The notes below the pieces were generated by a model that saw nothing but the letters and a program-made list of their open reading frames with translations, made no database searches and was not told the origin of the DNA. Source: Callorhinchus milii (Eukaryota). From it: a stretch of 64,000 nucleotides of DNA. Within the stretch, counting starts at the first letter, position 1. Each line of letters begins with the position of its first letter. The stretch lies in the NCBI RefSeq assembly GCF_018977255.1, contig NW_024704743.1, forward strand, positions 95,482,001 through 95,546,000, written 5' to 3'. Below are positions 12,931 through 26,269 of the stretch, piece by piece. The translations under genes were made by a program, and so were the position numbers.

Positions 12931-13524
12931 TTAGGATGATTAATTGCCACTTTCCTGAATTCCTGGAAGCTGCTCCACCAAACGGCCAAGCTGAGAACTG
13001 CCAAGTATCATCCTAGGCATATGTATGAGATTGAGTTACAATAGTTCAAGTCTTTTTCCTCTAAAACAATCCATAGATCAATGCTTAGATGTGAGCATCT
13101 GTAGTACCACAGGAATCCTTGATGTTACAAGCCCAACCTTAATTTTGCAGAATGCCAGAAATGGTGTCCAGTGTTGTGAACTCCATCACGCAGTTCCTCC
13201 GTCGTGCCCCCTCCCTTGCCTCCTTCAAGACCCATCTCAAGATGCTCCTCTTTGACCGTGCTTTTGATCATCCTGCTTCCACCACCCTACCCTCCACCCT
13301 CCCCGACGTCCTCCCAACGTGAAAGGCGCCATAGGAATGTAAATTTGTTGTTGTTGCGATCTAATTGAGGTTCAGAGTGTACAGTACATGCTGCAAGATT
13401 CCACAGGACAAAAATCATCCTGTGAGGAGTGTCCCATGGGGCTTTTTATTTTATCAGTTTATAATTGTAGGCACTGTTAAGAACTGTGAACTGTTGTATT
13501 GATTACTTACGTGAAGGACACAGT

Positions 13525-13730
13525 AGGGTCTAATTTGTGGGGATGGTAAAAGCATTAAATTGGGCAGGTGCTAAGATATGTCCTGCCCGGCTCACTGGAA
13601 CGCTACAAACTCAACATGGAACTCAGAGTCTCTTTTTGGTTCCATCAAATTTTGAGGGATATTCTAGCAAGTCAGCAGGAGAAACACAAGAATTTGTAAA
13701 TCCTTTATCAATCCTCACAAATTGCCCCCC
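13525..13730. mobile_element. Degenerate palindromic MITE-like element
   Basis: Left AGGGTCTAATTTGTGGGGATGGTAAA resembles the reverse complement of right TTTATCAATCCTCACAAATTGCCCCC; central ATGGAAC...GTTCCAT hairpin. Confidence 0.45.
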
Positions 13731-14509
13731 AGGAACCACACATTAATTTGGTATAACTGATAAGAAAACATATTTTATGGTCATACTAGAGGAGGATTTA
13801 TAGATTTGGCTCACACTTTTACTTTGACTACAAATACACAGACACTACACTTCACAGTGAAATCCTATGAAACGTACTAACGCGATATATCAAATGCAAG
13901 GATTATTGTATTATTATTATTTCTTCTCTCAATTCATAATGCACTTGTTTTTAATGAACTGACCAGAATGCCCGGGGCTTTTTAACTTCAGTTCTGTGGC
14001 ATTTGGTTCTGTGGCATTTGATACTTTAAATCCAGTTATATAATGGCTGCATTCTACATTGTATTCAACCCATCACACACATTGCTTCCAATTGGGGAAA
14101 CCACCAGGCAGATAGTAATCCCTTGTGATGATCCTGGTATTCCTAGCTGTTATAACTGGAAGTGTGGTACAAACACAGAGAGAAAAAAATTCCACAACCA
14201 AAAACACACTTTCCACGCAAAAGTCACATCTTTTCTTTTATTGCCCCTTAAAATGCTTTTCCAAATTTACCCGGCTGTTGATCGGAAAAAATAACTTTGA
14301 AAGACATTTGTTTATTGCTCATCTCCTTCATTACCCAGCAAGCCATTTCAAGAATTACTGTCAAGATTCAGCAATATTTGTCTTGAAATTAATGAATCAA
14401 ACAATCTGAGACCCCAAATCCTTACGAGGAAGATACAACCAGGTCTGGGGTGGGGGGAGGGAGGGGTCCATCTGAGGGAGAGGAGAAGTAGAATACCACT
14501 TTGTGGGAT

Positions 14510-14830
14510 ATTGGATATAGTGGAGCATATTTCTCTGTTTTCTGATGATATAAAGCAGAGAGGTGTTACAAACTGTGATGAGTACAGCAGAAGATTGCAA
14601 AGAACATTGACAGATTAACTGATGAGTGGAATTATGGCAGATGGAGTTTAACACTACAGAGTGTGAAGTAGTATACTTTGGATGCAATAGCAGCTGGAGA
14701 TAAGGTTTAAATGGGGATATACTAAGAGAGGAATCCAGGAGTCTCATGTCCATAAACTATTACAATCTAATGAGCAGATGCAGAAAGCAAACAACAAGGC
14801 AAATGGAATGTGAAGCTTCATAACCTGGGT
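14510..14830 (+). mobile_element. Old CR1 RT fragment
   Basis: GATTGCAAAGAACATTGACAGATTA...TGGCAGATGGAGTTTAAC...GTGTGAAGTAGTATACTTTGG parallels the younger CR1 at 4700-4800. Confidence 0.7.
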
Positions 14831-14911
14831 ATTAATATGCTGATATAATGATCAGGCTCCCATGAATTGAATGAATTCAATTCATGAACTGAATGATCAG
14901 GCTCCCACTCC

Positions 14912-15557
14912 ACTATATCAAGATAAAGGATAGCCACCTGGCTCTGTAGTACCATATTTGCCTCATAGTCAGAAGGTTATGGGTTTAAGCCCCACTTTCA
15001 AGTCTTTGAGTGTTTCGCCCACAAAATATACAGTAAAATAATTTTATAGATCCTCCTCTTTGTCCCCCGAATCCTCCGCTCCACCATCGGCGGCTGTGCT
15101 TTCAGTCACTACACCCTGAGGCTCTGGAACTCCCTTCCTCACTCCCTTCGCCTCGCCCTCTCTCTTCCTATTTTCAGGTTGGAGGGCGCTATATAAATCC
15201 AAGTTGTTGTTGTTGTTATTTGTGGGATTGTTGGCCCAGCCACCAGCCCACCTCCCTTTTCTTTCCAATAGTGCCTGAACAGGCAGATGGGACCTCAGTG
15301 TTAGCCCGCCCCAGATTATATGAGCTCAAATAACAATAATAAATATAATCCTTGCATTTGATAGGGAACCCTATCACATCTTCGAGGTATCATAATATGG
15401 TTCACAGAATATACTGTAAAATGATTTTAAAATGATGTATATTTTGTGGGCGAAACACTCAAAGACTTGAAAGTGGGGCTTAAACCTACAACCTTCTGAC
15501 TATGAGGCAAATATGGTACCAACAGAGCCAGGTGGATATCCCTTACCTTGATATAGT
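14912..15557. repeat. Inverted duplication, arms about 120 bp (14912-15032 / 15436-15557)
   Basis: Both arms read ACTATATCAAG.TAA.GGATA.CCACCTGGCTCTGT..GTACCATATTTGCCTCATAGTCAGAAGGTT...GCCCCACTTTCAAGTCTTTGAGTGTTTCGCCCACAAAATATACA on opposite strands. Confidence 0.9.
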
Positions 15558-16109
15558 CAATTTTGTAAAAAAAAGACAGCTGAAATACTGGCAAAGGCTC
15601 AGCAACATAGATCAGCATATTCAGTGTAGGCCAACTACAAAGTCAACATTTCCTGCAGACTAAATTCCAGACAAATAACCTTTAAAGACTGAGCCAAAGA
15701 ATCAGAATTTTTTTTTAAAAAATCACTTGCAAACAGTTATTAGCAATTGCAATGTTCTGTTGTATATTTCTAGTTTGTTTTAATATTCCTGTTTAAACAG
15801 TGAATTCTACCACCATAACACAAAAAAATGACTTAGAGGAGTTGCAGAGCTGAGCAGGACGAGGGAGACAATTAATAAAGACAGAGAGAAGCAGCACAGT
15901 GACCCCTGACTGTGTCTGATAGGGTACATGAACTGAGCAGTGACTCACAGCTTGCTGCTTGTTCACATGGCAATGCTTTGTCCAAAACAAGGAATATGCC
16001 AATTTTAAGAAACGGAAGGTACACAAGCTTGAAGTTGTTTCAATTTTTACTCTAGGAACAGAATGTTGTCTGGCACCAACAAAAGAGTTGCAACACTAAA
16101 GTTGGAAGA

Positions 16110-16805
16110 GACCTGCATTCGATTCCCGGTAGGGTGACACCTTGGGCAAGTCTCCACTGCCTGATAATAATCTCTCAAAAAAAATAGTAAATTGGTCATT
16201 TCAATCCACGACTGTTTGTGGGACACTGCTGTGCGCAATTGGCTGCCGGATATCGCCCACAAATATACAGTCAATTCCCTTTACAGTCTATTCTGTAAAG
16301 CGCTTTGAGACGTCTAGAAGATGTGAAAAGCGCTATATCAAATGCAATTATTATTCAGTCCATCGTATTTATGCTGGAGATGGCTTAATGGTACACTCTC
16401 GCCTCTGAATCAGAAGGTTGTGGGTTCTCTTAAGCCCCATGTTGGGACTTTGAATTCCTATTCAATGCAGTGCTGGGGTTGTGCTGCATTGACAGAAGTG
16501 TTGCAACCCAAAAATAAAATTGGTCATTCATTTCATGGCTGTTTATGGGACATCGCTGTGTGTAAATTGGCAAAATAATACTGTACAAGGATAATTATTA
16601 TTTTATTATAACAATGTACAGATTAGAAAACACTAAACAATAATAATTCTTGCATTTGATATAGCACCTTATCACATTGTTGAGAAGTCTCAAAGAGCTT
16701 TGCAGAATATACTGTAAAGTGAATTAACTGTGTATTTTGTGGGCAAAACACAGCAGCCAATTGCGCACAGCAGTGTCCCACAAACAGTCATGGATTGAGT
16801 GACCA
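16110..16805. mobile_element. Cluster of three DeuSINE fragments (+,+,-)
   Basis: 16110-16355 (+) and 16640-16805 (-) carry the same core and tail; 16370-16580 (+) is a SacSINE-like head with a deleted core. Confidence 0.8.
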
Positions 16806-18254
16806 AACTGCAATAACAATCTGGCCAGTCTAAAAGTAATAAATAAACTTTGATGTTACTCTATTTTTCATACCCTTCAAACTATTTATTCACTGAATAA
16901 TTATAAAATAAAATAAAGGAATATAATATAGGGAAATATACCCAGTCCAGGAAACTTGCTACTGAATGTGCCAGCAACCTCGGATCTCGAATTTGAAATG
17001 AAGGTATTAACTTAATCCAAGTTGGCTTGCTTAACTGTACACAGGTTAAAGCCTGATCATAAATCTATTTCAGATAGTATCTAGCTTTCTGTTTCTGAGG
17101 TATCTGCTGTAAAACATGTGGACTGGATTTCAGTAGAGTGACAGCCTATTTGCTGCTGTTTGTATTCAGCTTTGTCTTGCATGTCATTCAAAACTGGTAA
17201 TAAAAAGAGGATAATGTTATGCTCTGGGCTGGAGATGCAGTAAATCCATTAGATAAATTCACCCCATCGGCAAATAAACTATTAGACTGCTGGGATCTCC
17301 AAAATGTTTCCTGCCCCTTGGGCTGGTGAAGTGTTTAAAAAGCCCCAAAAACTCACAGTCGAGGTTGATATTCCAATACAGTGCTGGGGATGTGCTGCAT
17401 TGTTGGAGATACCAACCTTTAGATGATACGTTAAACCGAGGTCTTGTCTGTCCCTGTTTAGGTGAATGTTAAATATTTTATGCCACTATTAAGAAACAGA
17501 AGGTAGTTTCTCATTGTGTCCTGGCCAACAAACCCTCAAATAAAAAANTTGATCACTCACCTCATTTGTTTGTTGGACATTGCTGTGTGCAAGTTGATGT
17601 CTGTAAAATACAGTCACTACACTTAAAAATATTTTTTGTGAAGCACATTGATGATAATAATCCTTGTATTTGATATAGCGCCTTATCAAGTCTTCGAGAC
17701 GTCTCAAAGAGCTTCACAGAATATACTGTAAAGTGAATTGACGACATATTTTGTGCGAGAATGTGATTTGATAAGGGTAAGGATTATTTTTTTATCAGAT
17801 TATTTAATTGCTCTGTGTGGAGTCTATCATCTAATGTCAATTCTATTTCTGAATTGTTTCTCCTACCTGAAATTTACTCTCGTTTCAGAGCTGGACTCCT
17901 GGTCAGAAAACAAAGGTTTGAGTCTGTCATATATTTCAAATACATATAATTGCAGATAACTCAGGAAATAGTGAAAAAATACAATGTTGATTCCTAATAT
18001 TTTTAATATAATACGATTTAGCTGGGGGCAGGGATTCTTCCCATTCAGTTCCTGTTAACCCTGAAAACCAAAGCCCTAATGCTTAAAATGGTCATGATTT
18101 GATGAAGAAATGCAAAGCTTGCCAGTCAGTGTTCGTAATGCCACATTTTGGAATCTCCAAGCCTTGGCTCTTGCCAACGTGCCCCTAAATTCTCCGGGAT
18201 TAGACAAGCTAGTGCATTTTTCTGGGACGTTTGCCACATTGTAACGTTTTGGTT

Positions 18255-18550
18255 ATAGGACTCTCCTGGGAAGCAAGAGGACCTGGGTTCAATTTGCGGG
18301 CGGGCGAAACCTTCGTCAAGTTTCCTTACTCCACACTCCTCTGTTTACCTAGCAGTAAGCAGGAACACTGTTGTTAGTCGATTGGCAGATCACTTTCCCG
18401 GGGGTAATAATGGCTCCAAAAAATATATGCAACAAAAATGATAATTTAGTCACTCAATCCACGACTGTTTGTGGAACACTGCTGTATGTAATTGGCTGCC
18501 GCACTTCGCCCACAAAATATAGTTAATTCACTTTACAGTATATTCTGTGA
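18255..18550 (+). mobile_element. tRNA-derived DeuSINE copy, truncated at both ends
   Basis: GACCTGGGTTCAATTT...CAAGTTTCCTTACTCCACAC..CTGTTTACCTAGCAGTAAG...ATTGGCTGCCGC; same family as 2514 and 29656. Confidence 0.8.
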
Positions 18551-21500
18551 ACTAATTTTTTGATGGCACCTTAACCCCACTATGGCTTTCTGTGGCAGGG
18601 TATACATTTACCCCATTAGTGATCTTCAAGCTACAGATACATTCATTTCCATGATAAAACATTAGCCCAGCTGTGTATGTAACATGGGGAAGCACATTGA
18701 GCTGTGAGTGGGACCAGATTAACAGCTGCAATTCCTCAACTACCCTCACAATCGGAGGCTCACACTGAGAGCAGCTGTCAACATCAGGCAGTAAACACTG
18801 AGGTATTTGAGGCAAAATCAACCCAGGACACTCCTTTCAGGACTTGAGGAGGCTTTGGAATAGAGAACCAGCCTGCCTTCTCCGACAGGCATGAAGTATG
18901 GCATGGGGGTTGGGGCGTGTTGCTGGGATTTAAAAGAGAGGATTAAAAATATAAAATAAAAGTAATAAATAATGGAAGAAAAAGGTTTGTGTTTAACTGA
19001 TGGAGTATGTGCTTCGAATGTCTCCACCGAGCCTAAAGCGATGCAGATGCTGCTATTTGTTTAAAGCCAAATAGTTGGTTCTGTGTCAGTAAATTCCTTG
19101 AAAATGCTTCAGACTCCTTCGTCTCCATCATCTGTTATTTCTCTGCTGCTGTAAGAGGAGCCATTGCCAAAATGAACACTCCACCCTCTTCTAGTCTCTA
19201 AGAGTTTGTGTAGGAGGCATACAGGTTACATATATAACAAACACCGGGATGAGGAGCTAAATTCAGTCAGGCCTGTCTCCAGTTTAATTTACTAACTGAA
19301 TGCACATGCACTAATCCTATGTATTTTAACTGCACCAAATCCCAGTATAATCGCACCAAATGTTCATTTCAATTATACTGTGTTACATTCAGCTGTAAAT
19401 ACCAAACAGGAACCGAACCATGGACAAGATGTGAATTCCCCAACCGGGATTAAATCAATGTAATTTCCAACTCCAACTGATAATAATAATCCTTGCATTT
19501 GATATTGTGCTTTACCATGTTGTTAAAACATCTCAAAGAGTTTCAAAGGATTTATTGTAAAGTGTACTAACTGTAGCTGTAGTTGAATCCAGCAGAACTA
19601 TCATCACTGCTTGTTTTGAACACTAATATTCAAAGCACTTCGTACTATGACAAACGCCCACCAAAGGAAATCAAATTTGATGGCAATGTTTGTTTTTGAT
19701 CCACTTGCTGTTTATATTCAATCTCCACCCTTAGTCTGAGTACGTTTGTGCTGGAATATTTCTTGCAATGCTATCTAGTGGAACGAGTAAATAATACACA
19801 GTAAATGAAGAGTCCTCACTTGAATTTAGGTGGTAAAATTGTGTTGCGCCTTAACATGTTTCATGTGCTGATTAAGACAAAGAACACAGTGAGGAATACA
19901 TAAATTTGTTCCTTAAATAATTAGCCCCGTGGTAAATCTCCTCACTGACCTCAGTAGTGAATGAGCTGTTCCTGGTCTCTGATCCTTACAGCTCCTCCTA
20001 TACTTCAGCAAGCCAGCCGGCCAGTAAAACATAATACAGGAAATCAGCTATAAAGTTTGATCTGGGACGTGATGATGTCAATCTAACCCCATACAAGGAG
20101 TATAAACAATGGTAGAGAAATCCCATTCCTGTACAAAACTACAGAAAGAGTTAATGTCAGTTTAACTTTTTTTGTACCAATGCAATTTCACTCTAATAAT
20201 CCAGGTGAGTTTTCCTTACAACCAGCAAGTGGGAAGCAGTGGAGCCAATTATAGCCTGTCATATGAGAAGTCCTCTGACGGGGTAGCCTGGGAGCTCAAC
20301 AACGTTGCATCCCAAGCCTGGAGTGTAGCCCGGGAACCAGCACTAGATTTGTCCATTTGCACCTGCTGTTCTGTCCAGAATTCATCCTCTTGAATGACTC
20401 CCCCCACCTCCCCCAGCCTTGTCAATCTCCTGCGTGTTAGCTCCAAACGATAGAAAAAACTCCAAACATATTACGTTACACACATGGGGTCAACAAAGCA
20501 TTATCACACGTCAGAAAAAACAAGCTATAAGCCATAAAATCTGATGGCCACTTCCATTAGTGAACAGAACAGACAAGAAATCATTGACAAATATATTGGA
20601 ACTTGCATGCATAAATATTATTTAACACATAAATAAAAATCTCTTCCTGTTGGAATTGCAAGAAAATTACAGATGTGTTAAAAATATAGACACATTCATA
20701 GTAAATAATTGCAAGAGAAATCAACAACAACTTGCATTTATATAGCACCACTGACGCAGGGTAGAGTCCCAGAGCACTTGATCATTATCCCTCACATCTC
20801 TTCACCACTACAAAGCACACTAAGTGAAGCTACACCACACAGAGCCAGCTTTAAACACACTACAATAAGTGACCACAAATATTTTAACAAAGACTCTAAT
20901 GACAATCTTGGGACAATTGGTGCAGCCATCAATCTTTTCAATTTAAACCTGCAGTAGTCCTTTGAAAGTTTAGGTTTGTTTTCTCCAAAAGAAGCTGATA
21001 AATGCCAGTAGGCACAGCTTTATTTCCACCAGTCATGAAGCAATGTCCAAGTCTTCCCAAAGGTTGAAGTTGGTGGCTACAAGTCAGATAGATGAGAAGG
21101 TAGCCATGAGCAGGGGCAAGGGGCAGAGTACATGAGGTAGTTTAGATTCTTGTCAAGCATCTGTCTGTAGGCAGATGAGCTGGTCTGGTCAGGGGCGTAG
21201 GATGGCGGAGGCTCATGTGGTAAAAACATGCCGAGTAGTTGGGCGAAATGCCTGTTTCCGTGCTGTATTGTTCTATCTCATTGTTATGTAATTACCATAT
21301 GTGGCTGTGGAGGCTATTGCTTCCCGAGGAGCTCCTGTGTGTATGTTTGAAATCTTCCCTTTTGTTAAGCTCAGACACTCACATTTTGTCTAGTTGGGCC
21401 GAATCATTCTACGCTGTATCATTCTATGGTAAGTCAATGAAAACGTGATTTGCTTAGAGATGAGACCAATTTGCACTTGGCCTTTTTTCTACCAAATGTT

Positions 21501-21554
21501 TGTGTGACATTTCTGTGTGAAAATTGGCCGCTGAGTTAGCCTACAAAATAATAA

Positions 21555-21903
21555 AATAATAATCCTTGCATTTGATAGAGAGCCTTATCACATCTTCGAG
21601 ACTTCTCAAAGCATATACTGTAAAGTGAATTGACTGTACATTTTGTGGGCTGCAGCCAGTTATGTACAGGAGTGTCCCAGAAACAGTCATGGATTGAAGG
21701 TGACTGATTTCTTATTTTTTAGAATGAATTTTTTCCCCCAGAAAATCTATCTGCCAATTGACTAACAACTGGGTTCCTACTTACTGCTAGGTAAACAGAA
21801 GCGTGTGGAGTAAGAAAACTTGCCCGACAGTTCGCCCTACCAGGAATCGTACCCAGGTCTCTCGCAAGGCAAGTGCACTGACCACTGAGCTGCAGGACTC
21901 CAC
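21555..21903 (-). mobile_element. tRNA-derived DeuSINE, near full length
   Basis: Tail ATAATAATCCTTGCATTTGATA through head ACCACTGAGCTGCAGGACTCCAC. Confidence 0.85.
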
Positions 21904-22904
21904 AAAATAGACAGTCACACTTCACAGAATATCCTTTCCAAAGTGCTTGTGATGTCATCCTATATGTTGATGGAAGAATTATTAGAGACTGCAGAGGATG
22001 CTATAATTAGGGTCCTACATGCACAAAGCACAATCCATGCCATCATTTCTGACTTCTCAGCCCTAATGTCCAGTTGGATGCTCATAGGGGTTATTTATTA
22101 CCAGCCTTAAGGCCTCTTCTTCTCCCACTGTCAGAACCAAGCTGTTTCCCACAGCTGAACATTTAATGAATCCACCGCAGATGCTGTGTAGCATGAACCG
22201 CAACAAAGACAAGTTATTTGTTATAATCGTTTTCCAGTGGAAATTGTGTGAGTACCAGCCTGGCTGAATGGTTCTGTGCTGCACAGGCTCAGCATAAATT
22301 TGTCTCAAGAGAACACTGAAGACAGAAATGATAAACAAATGAACTAAAACTCCCACCATGTCGCTGCAGCATTTTTTCCAGGTTATATCAAAAACAATTT
22401 GCATAGACTGGCCCACTGTACTGCCATTACAGTGCACTTCTGGCCATGATTACACATCACTTCTCTCATCTATTCTGTAGTTGCAACCAAGGTGATCTGA
22501 ATTTAAGGAGCCCAGGCTGCACTCTTCTCCACATACACTTGTCCGTATATACGAACAATACATTCAGCGCTGAGATCATCAGTTACGTTCAGAGGGGTCA
22601 AACATGGCTCTTAGAAAGTGTGAATGGTATTATTAGGCCATAAAGCTGTGTAACTGTAGAAATATTTACTCTATTGGAATTTGAGCAATGCGATTAAATG
22701 TCAAATACTGGAATACAGAAAATGAAACTATGGCATTGCTTTATTGATATTTATTATTGCATTTTCAGCTAAAGCTACATTGTTGACACAATGGTTTTCA
22801 GTGACAAGTCACTTCAATTAACTACTGTTCTTGCAGGAGCCATTTGCTCTAAATATATAAATTGGCAGATATTGCCAGCCTTCCTCAGCCTATAGCACGC
22901 ACTA

Positions 22905-23232
22905 GAGCTAAGCTGACATTCCAATGCAGTAATAGTACGAGTGTGACATTGTCAGAAATGCTGTACTTCGGCTGAGACCATTAAACCAAAGGCCCGTCTG
23001 CCGTGAAAGATCCCATTGCACTATTCAACAAAAGAAAGGAGCTTCTCCCGGTGTCCTGGTCAACAATCTCCCAAATAAAATTGGTTATTCGCTTCATGGT
23101 TGTTTGTAGGACATTGCTATGTGCAAACTGGCTGACACATTAGCCTACAATATATGTAGTCACTATACTTTACAGTGAAGTGCTTTGAGACATCTCAACA
23201 ATATATTGAGGTTCTATATCAAATGCAAGGAT
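22905..23232 (+). mobile_element. SacSINE1-like DeuSINE, 5'-truncated
   Basis: GCTGACATTCCAATGCAGT...TTAAACCAAAGGCCCGTCTGCC...CCGGTGTCCTGGTCAACAAT...TATATCAAATGCAAGGAT. Confidence 0.75.
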
Positions 23233-24024
23233 GACTGAGTACTTATCCATCTTCCTTTTAAACATATTGATTATTTATCGATGACTTTCTGGACCACCTC
23301 ATTGCACATTTTCACAATGTTTTGTGTGAAGAAATGTTAATTGATAATTGATTTGTAAAGCAAACAGATTAATTTCAACTGAAATTTCATCAAGCCTTTG
23401 CCTGTAAGACCATTTTGTCTTATAATTTTAAAATAACTTTTTATACAACATACATGTATACAACATAACATGTATACAACATATTTCTGTGCGCGTGAAA
23501 GTTATTTTTTAATGTTAAGACAAATTTTAAGTCAGCAGCGTCTCAAAGCATTTTAAAGAGACAGAATTCACCCCTCCTGATCCCAACCCCCAGCTCAGGT
23601 GCAAATCCTTGACGGTTCAGGACCTTGGGACATCCTCCCGACGTGAAGGGTGATCTATAAATGTAATTTTGTTGTTGTTGTTGTGGGATGTCCTCCTGTT
23701 GTTCTAGAATGGGAGCCTGAGCAGGTTGGGAGATAGTGAATAGACAGGAAATGACAAAGGCATAGTCATAGATGTAGGTTTTGAAAGCAGAGAGGATGGA
23801 AGCGAAAGAGAAGGTATTTAGTGGGAGAGTATCAAAGAGCAGGGCAATGTGGTGGAAAGTTTGGACAGAGGAGGTGGGAAACATGAAACAGGTCAGAGTT
23901 GTTGAAGTAGTAAAAGGAGTGTCTGGGGGAGCAGTGGGACTACAAGAGGCCAGAGAGGTAAGATGAGTGTACAAAATTATGCAGAAATTATGCAAATTCT
24001 TAAAGTCTACCTTAACTTGATAGT

Positions 24025-24290
24025 AGTTACATAGAATTACACAAAACTTTACAGCACAGAAACAGGCCATTCGTGCCCACCAGGCATTCCGACAATTATG
24101 CTCCACCTGAGCCTCCATCCCTCCTATTCCCCTCTCCTATACCCTCAATTCCCTTCTCCCTCATGTATGCATCAAGTTGCCTCTTAAATATGTGGATGCT
24201 TTTTGCTTCAACTACAGTTTCTGGCTATGAATTCCACATTCTCACCACCCTCTGTGTGAAGAAGTTCCTCCTAAACTCCCTTCTTTTTAA
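24025..24290 (-). mobile_element. CR1 3' end fragment
   Basis: TACAGCACAGAAACAGGCCATTCG...ATTCCACATTCTCACCACCCTCTGTGTGAAGAAGTTCCTCCT is the reverse complement of the CR1 FFTQRVV..WN segment and 3'UTR. Confidence 0.8.
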
Positions 24291-24879
24291 GAACTATGGG
24301 AAATAGGCTTTCTAATTAAGGCTAGATTCTCCACAATCATAAATTTTAAGACAAGATGTTTTTATGGCTTAGACAAGGTAAAATCTTGGGCCTCTAATGT
24401 CTTAACTCATTGTTGTATTGCTGGCTAGGTGCTAAGTAAAAGTGAAAGCACTTACTGCTAAATTATTGTCTGAAGTACCTTAACACCTAAAGAGGCCATC
24501 CTCATTAAACTTTCATCTGTGTTTTCACTCACCATCTGCAGACAACCCAGTAATGTGGTTATTGCAACCATTCCTTATTGCTCCATGATGCGAAAGGTAC
24601 AAATAATGTATTTCACATCAAAAAGCACTTTTTGAATTCCCAGGAAGGGCCACCAGCCACATAGTTAAGTCTTTGTTAAGTATAGCCACAGCCAGGAGAC
24701 TGCAGCTATGCAATGTGAAGACCTCAGGCACCTGTCCTAATTATATAGATAATGTGTTTTATTTTACTTCAGAATGAACAACATTTTCACTCCACTGAGG
24801 CTTCTGAAGCCTGGTTACCAACACCTCCTAGCCTTACTTACAATTTTCAGGTCTGTCCTTCAGCCTCCTCCAAGTATGT

Positions 24880-25190
24880 AACATAACATGTAGGAGCAGG
24901 AGAAGGCCATTCAGCCCTTCGAGCCTGCCCCGCCATTCAATCATGGCTGATCTCCTAATCTAACTCCAGCTAATACCATAACCCAGCCTTATCCCCATAT
25001 CCCTTAATCCCTTTTGCAATAAGAAATCTATCTATCTCAGTCTTGAATATGTTCAAGGACTGAGCGTCAACAGCCCTTTGGGGTAGCGAGTTCCATACAT
25101 TCACCATCCTTTGAGTGAAGAAGTTCTTCCTCAACTCAGTGCGAAAGGGCTGGCCTTTACCATGCATTTTGAACTCCCATGTTCTAGCCA
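24880..25190 (-). mobile_element. CR1 3' end fragment
   Basis: ORF 24970..25191 FRTELRKNFFTQRMVNVWNSLPQRAVDAQSLNIFKTEIDRFL; tail TCCTACATGTTATGTT. Confidence 0.88.
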
Positions 25191-26269
25191 ATGTCTCATG
25201 ACATACAGTACAGTCTTGCCGTTGCTAGTGTTGTTTGTAGCTATTTTTCCTTTTGACTGCTTCGTTCTCCATGCTATACTATACCTTGCTATACAGGATC
25301 TCAAAGAACAAAAACCTGTTGCTTATTACTTATTTCAAAGTATCCTACCCTTATTGAATGATGAGTGAACAAATAGTTGCTTTCTAATAATGATTTAGTC
25401 CAAATGGTAAAAGGAGAAGTTACCTCCATCCCTCTCCTGTGATGTCCACATAACTCTCCGAGATGCTATCCGACATGAAGGCCGCTATATGAATGCAATT
25501 TGTTGTAGTTCCTAGCTCATCATTCAAAGGCATATTGCCAGAGACATGGGCCATCACCAAACCTTTTTGGTTGGGAGTGAGATTCAAAAGTGGGGGGAGG
25601 GAAGAACCATGTACAGCAATGACGCTGGCCTGGTTCAGGAAAAATTAGAATAGAAAACACATCACTCGAACCATTACGGATCAAAGAACCACTGGAATGG
25701 ATTGTGACCCTTTACAAATGTCAAGCCGTATATAATATCCCCATGTTTGATATATTGGATAAGCACCTCACTGTTAGTTTGTTTAGGAATAGCATGTGCT
25801 TGATGTAAACAGACACTGCACTCTAACACTGACTGTAAAATGATACGAAACAGGGATCTTCTACTTAGCAAAGTGCATGCAACATCTCACGGACAACAGA
25901 TACAATTAGCTCTGCAGATTACAATGACCAGACACAAAGCTTGGCACCAGATATCTACTTGTATCAGTGGGATGAGTATCCTCAGCTGACTCCTGGTGTC
26001 ATTCTGGCTCAGTTGGTATCATGGTAGTTTTTCCAGTCAGAAAGTTGTGGGCCCAAGCCCCACATTCGACTTCAAGTTCAGACCTTCCATGGTGGTCCAA
26101 CCTTTTGGCTGCCTAGGGCTAGATTCCCTATTTGAGAAAGATCCACAAGCCACGTAAGCAATATTTTGTGTTTCTCTTCCAGAATATAATAACATTTACA
26201 CAGCACTGTCTTCATGTTGGAAGAACATGTTGACACTGTCCCCTGGGCACCTGAGCTGGGAGCCGAAAG

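Noticed and set aside
17548..17548. Single N base
   Set aside because: Assembly ambiguity in an A-run inside a SINE; not biological.
23543..24118. 191-aa minus-strand ORF
   Set aside because: Chance read-through across adjacent CR1 and L2 3' fragments.
24527..24600. Possible minus-strand exon ending ATG|GTGAGT (similar case near 6177-6280)
   Set aside because: No convincing acceptor/polypyrimidine tract and no recognisable peptide; donor-like hexamers are expected by chance.
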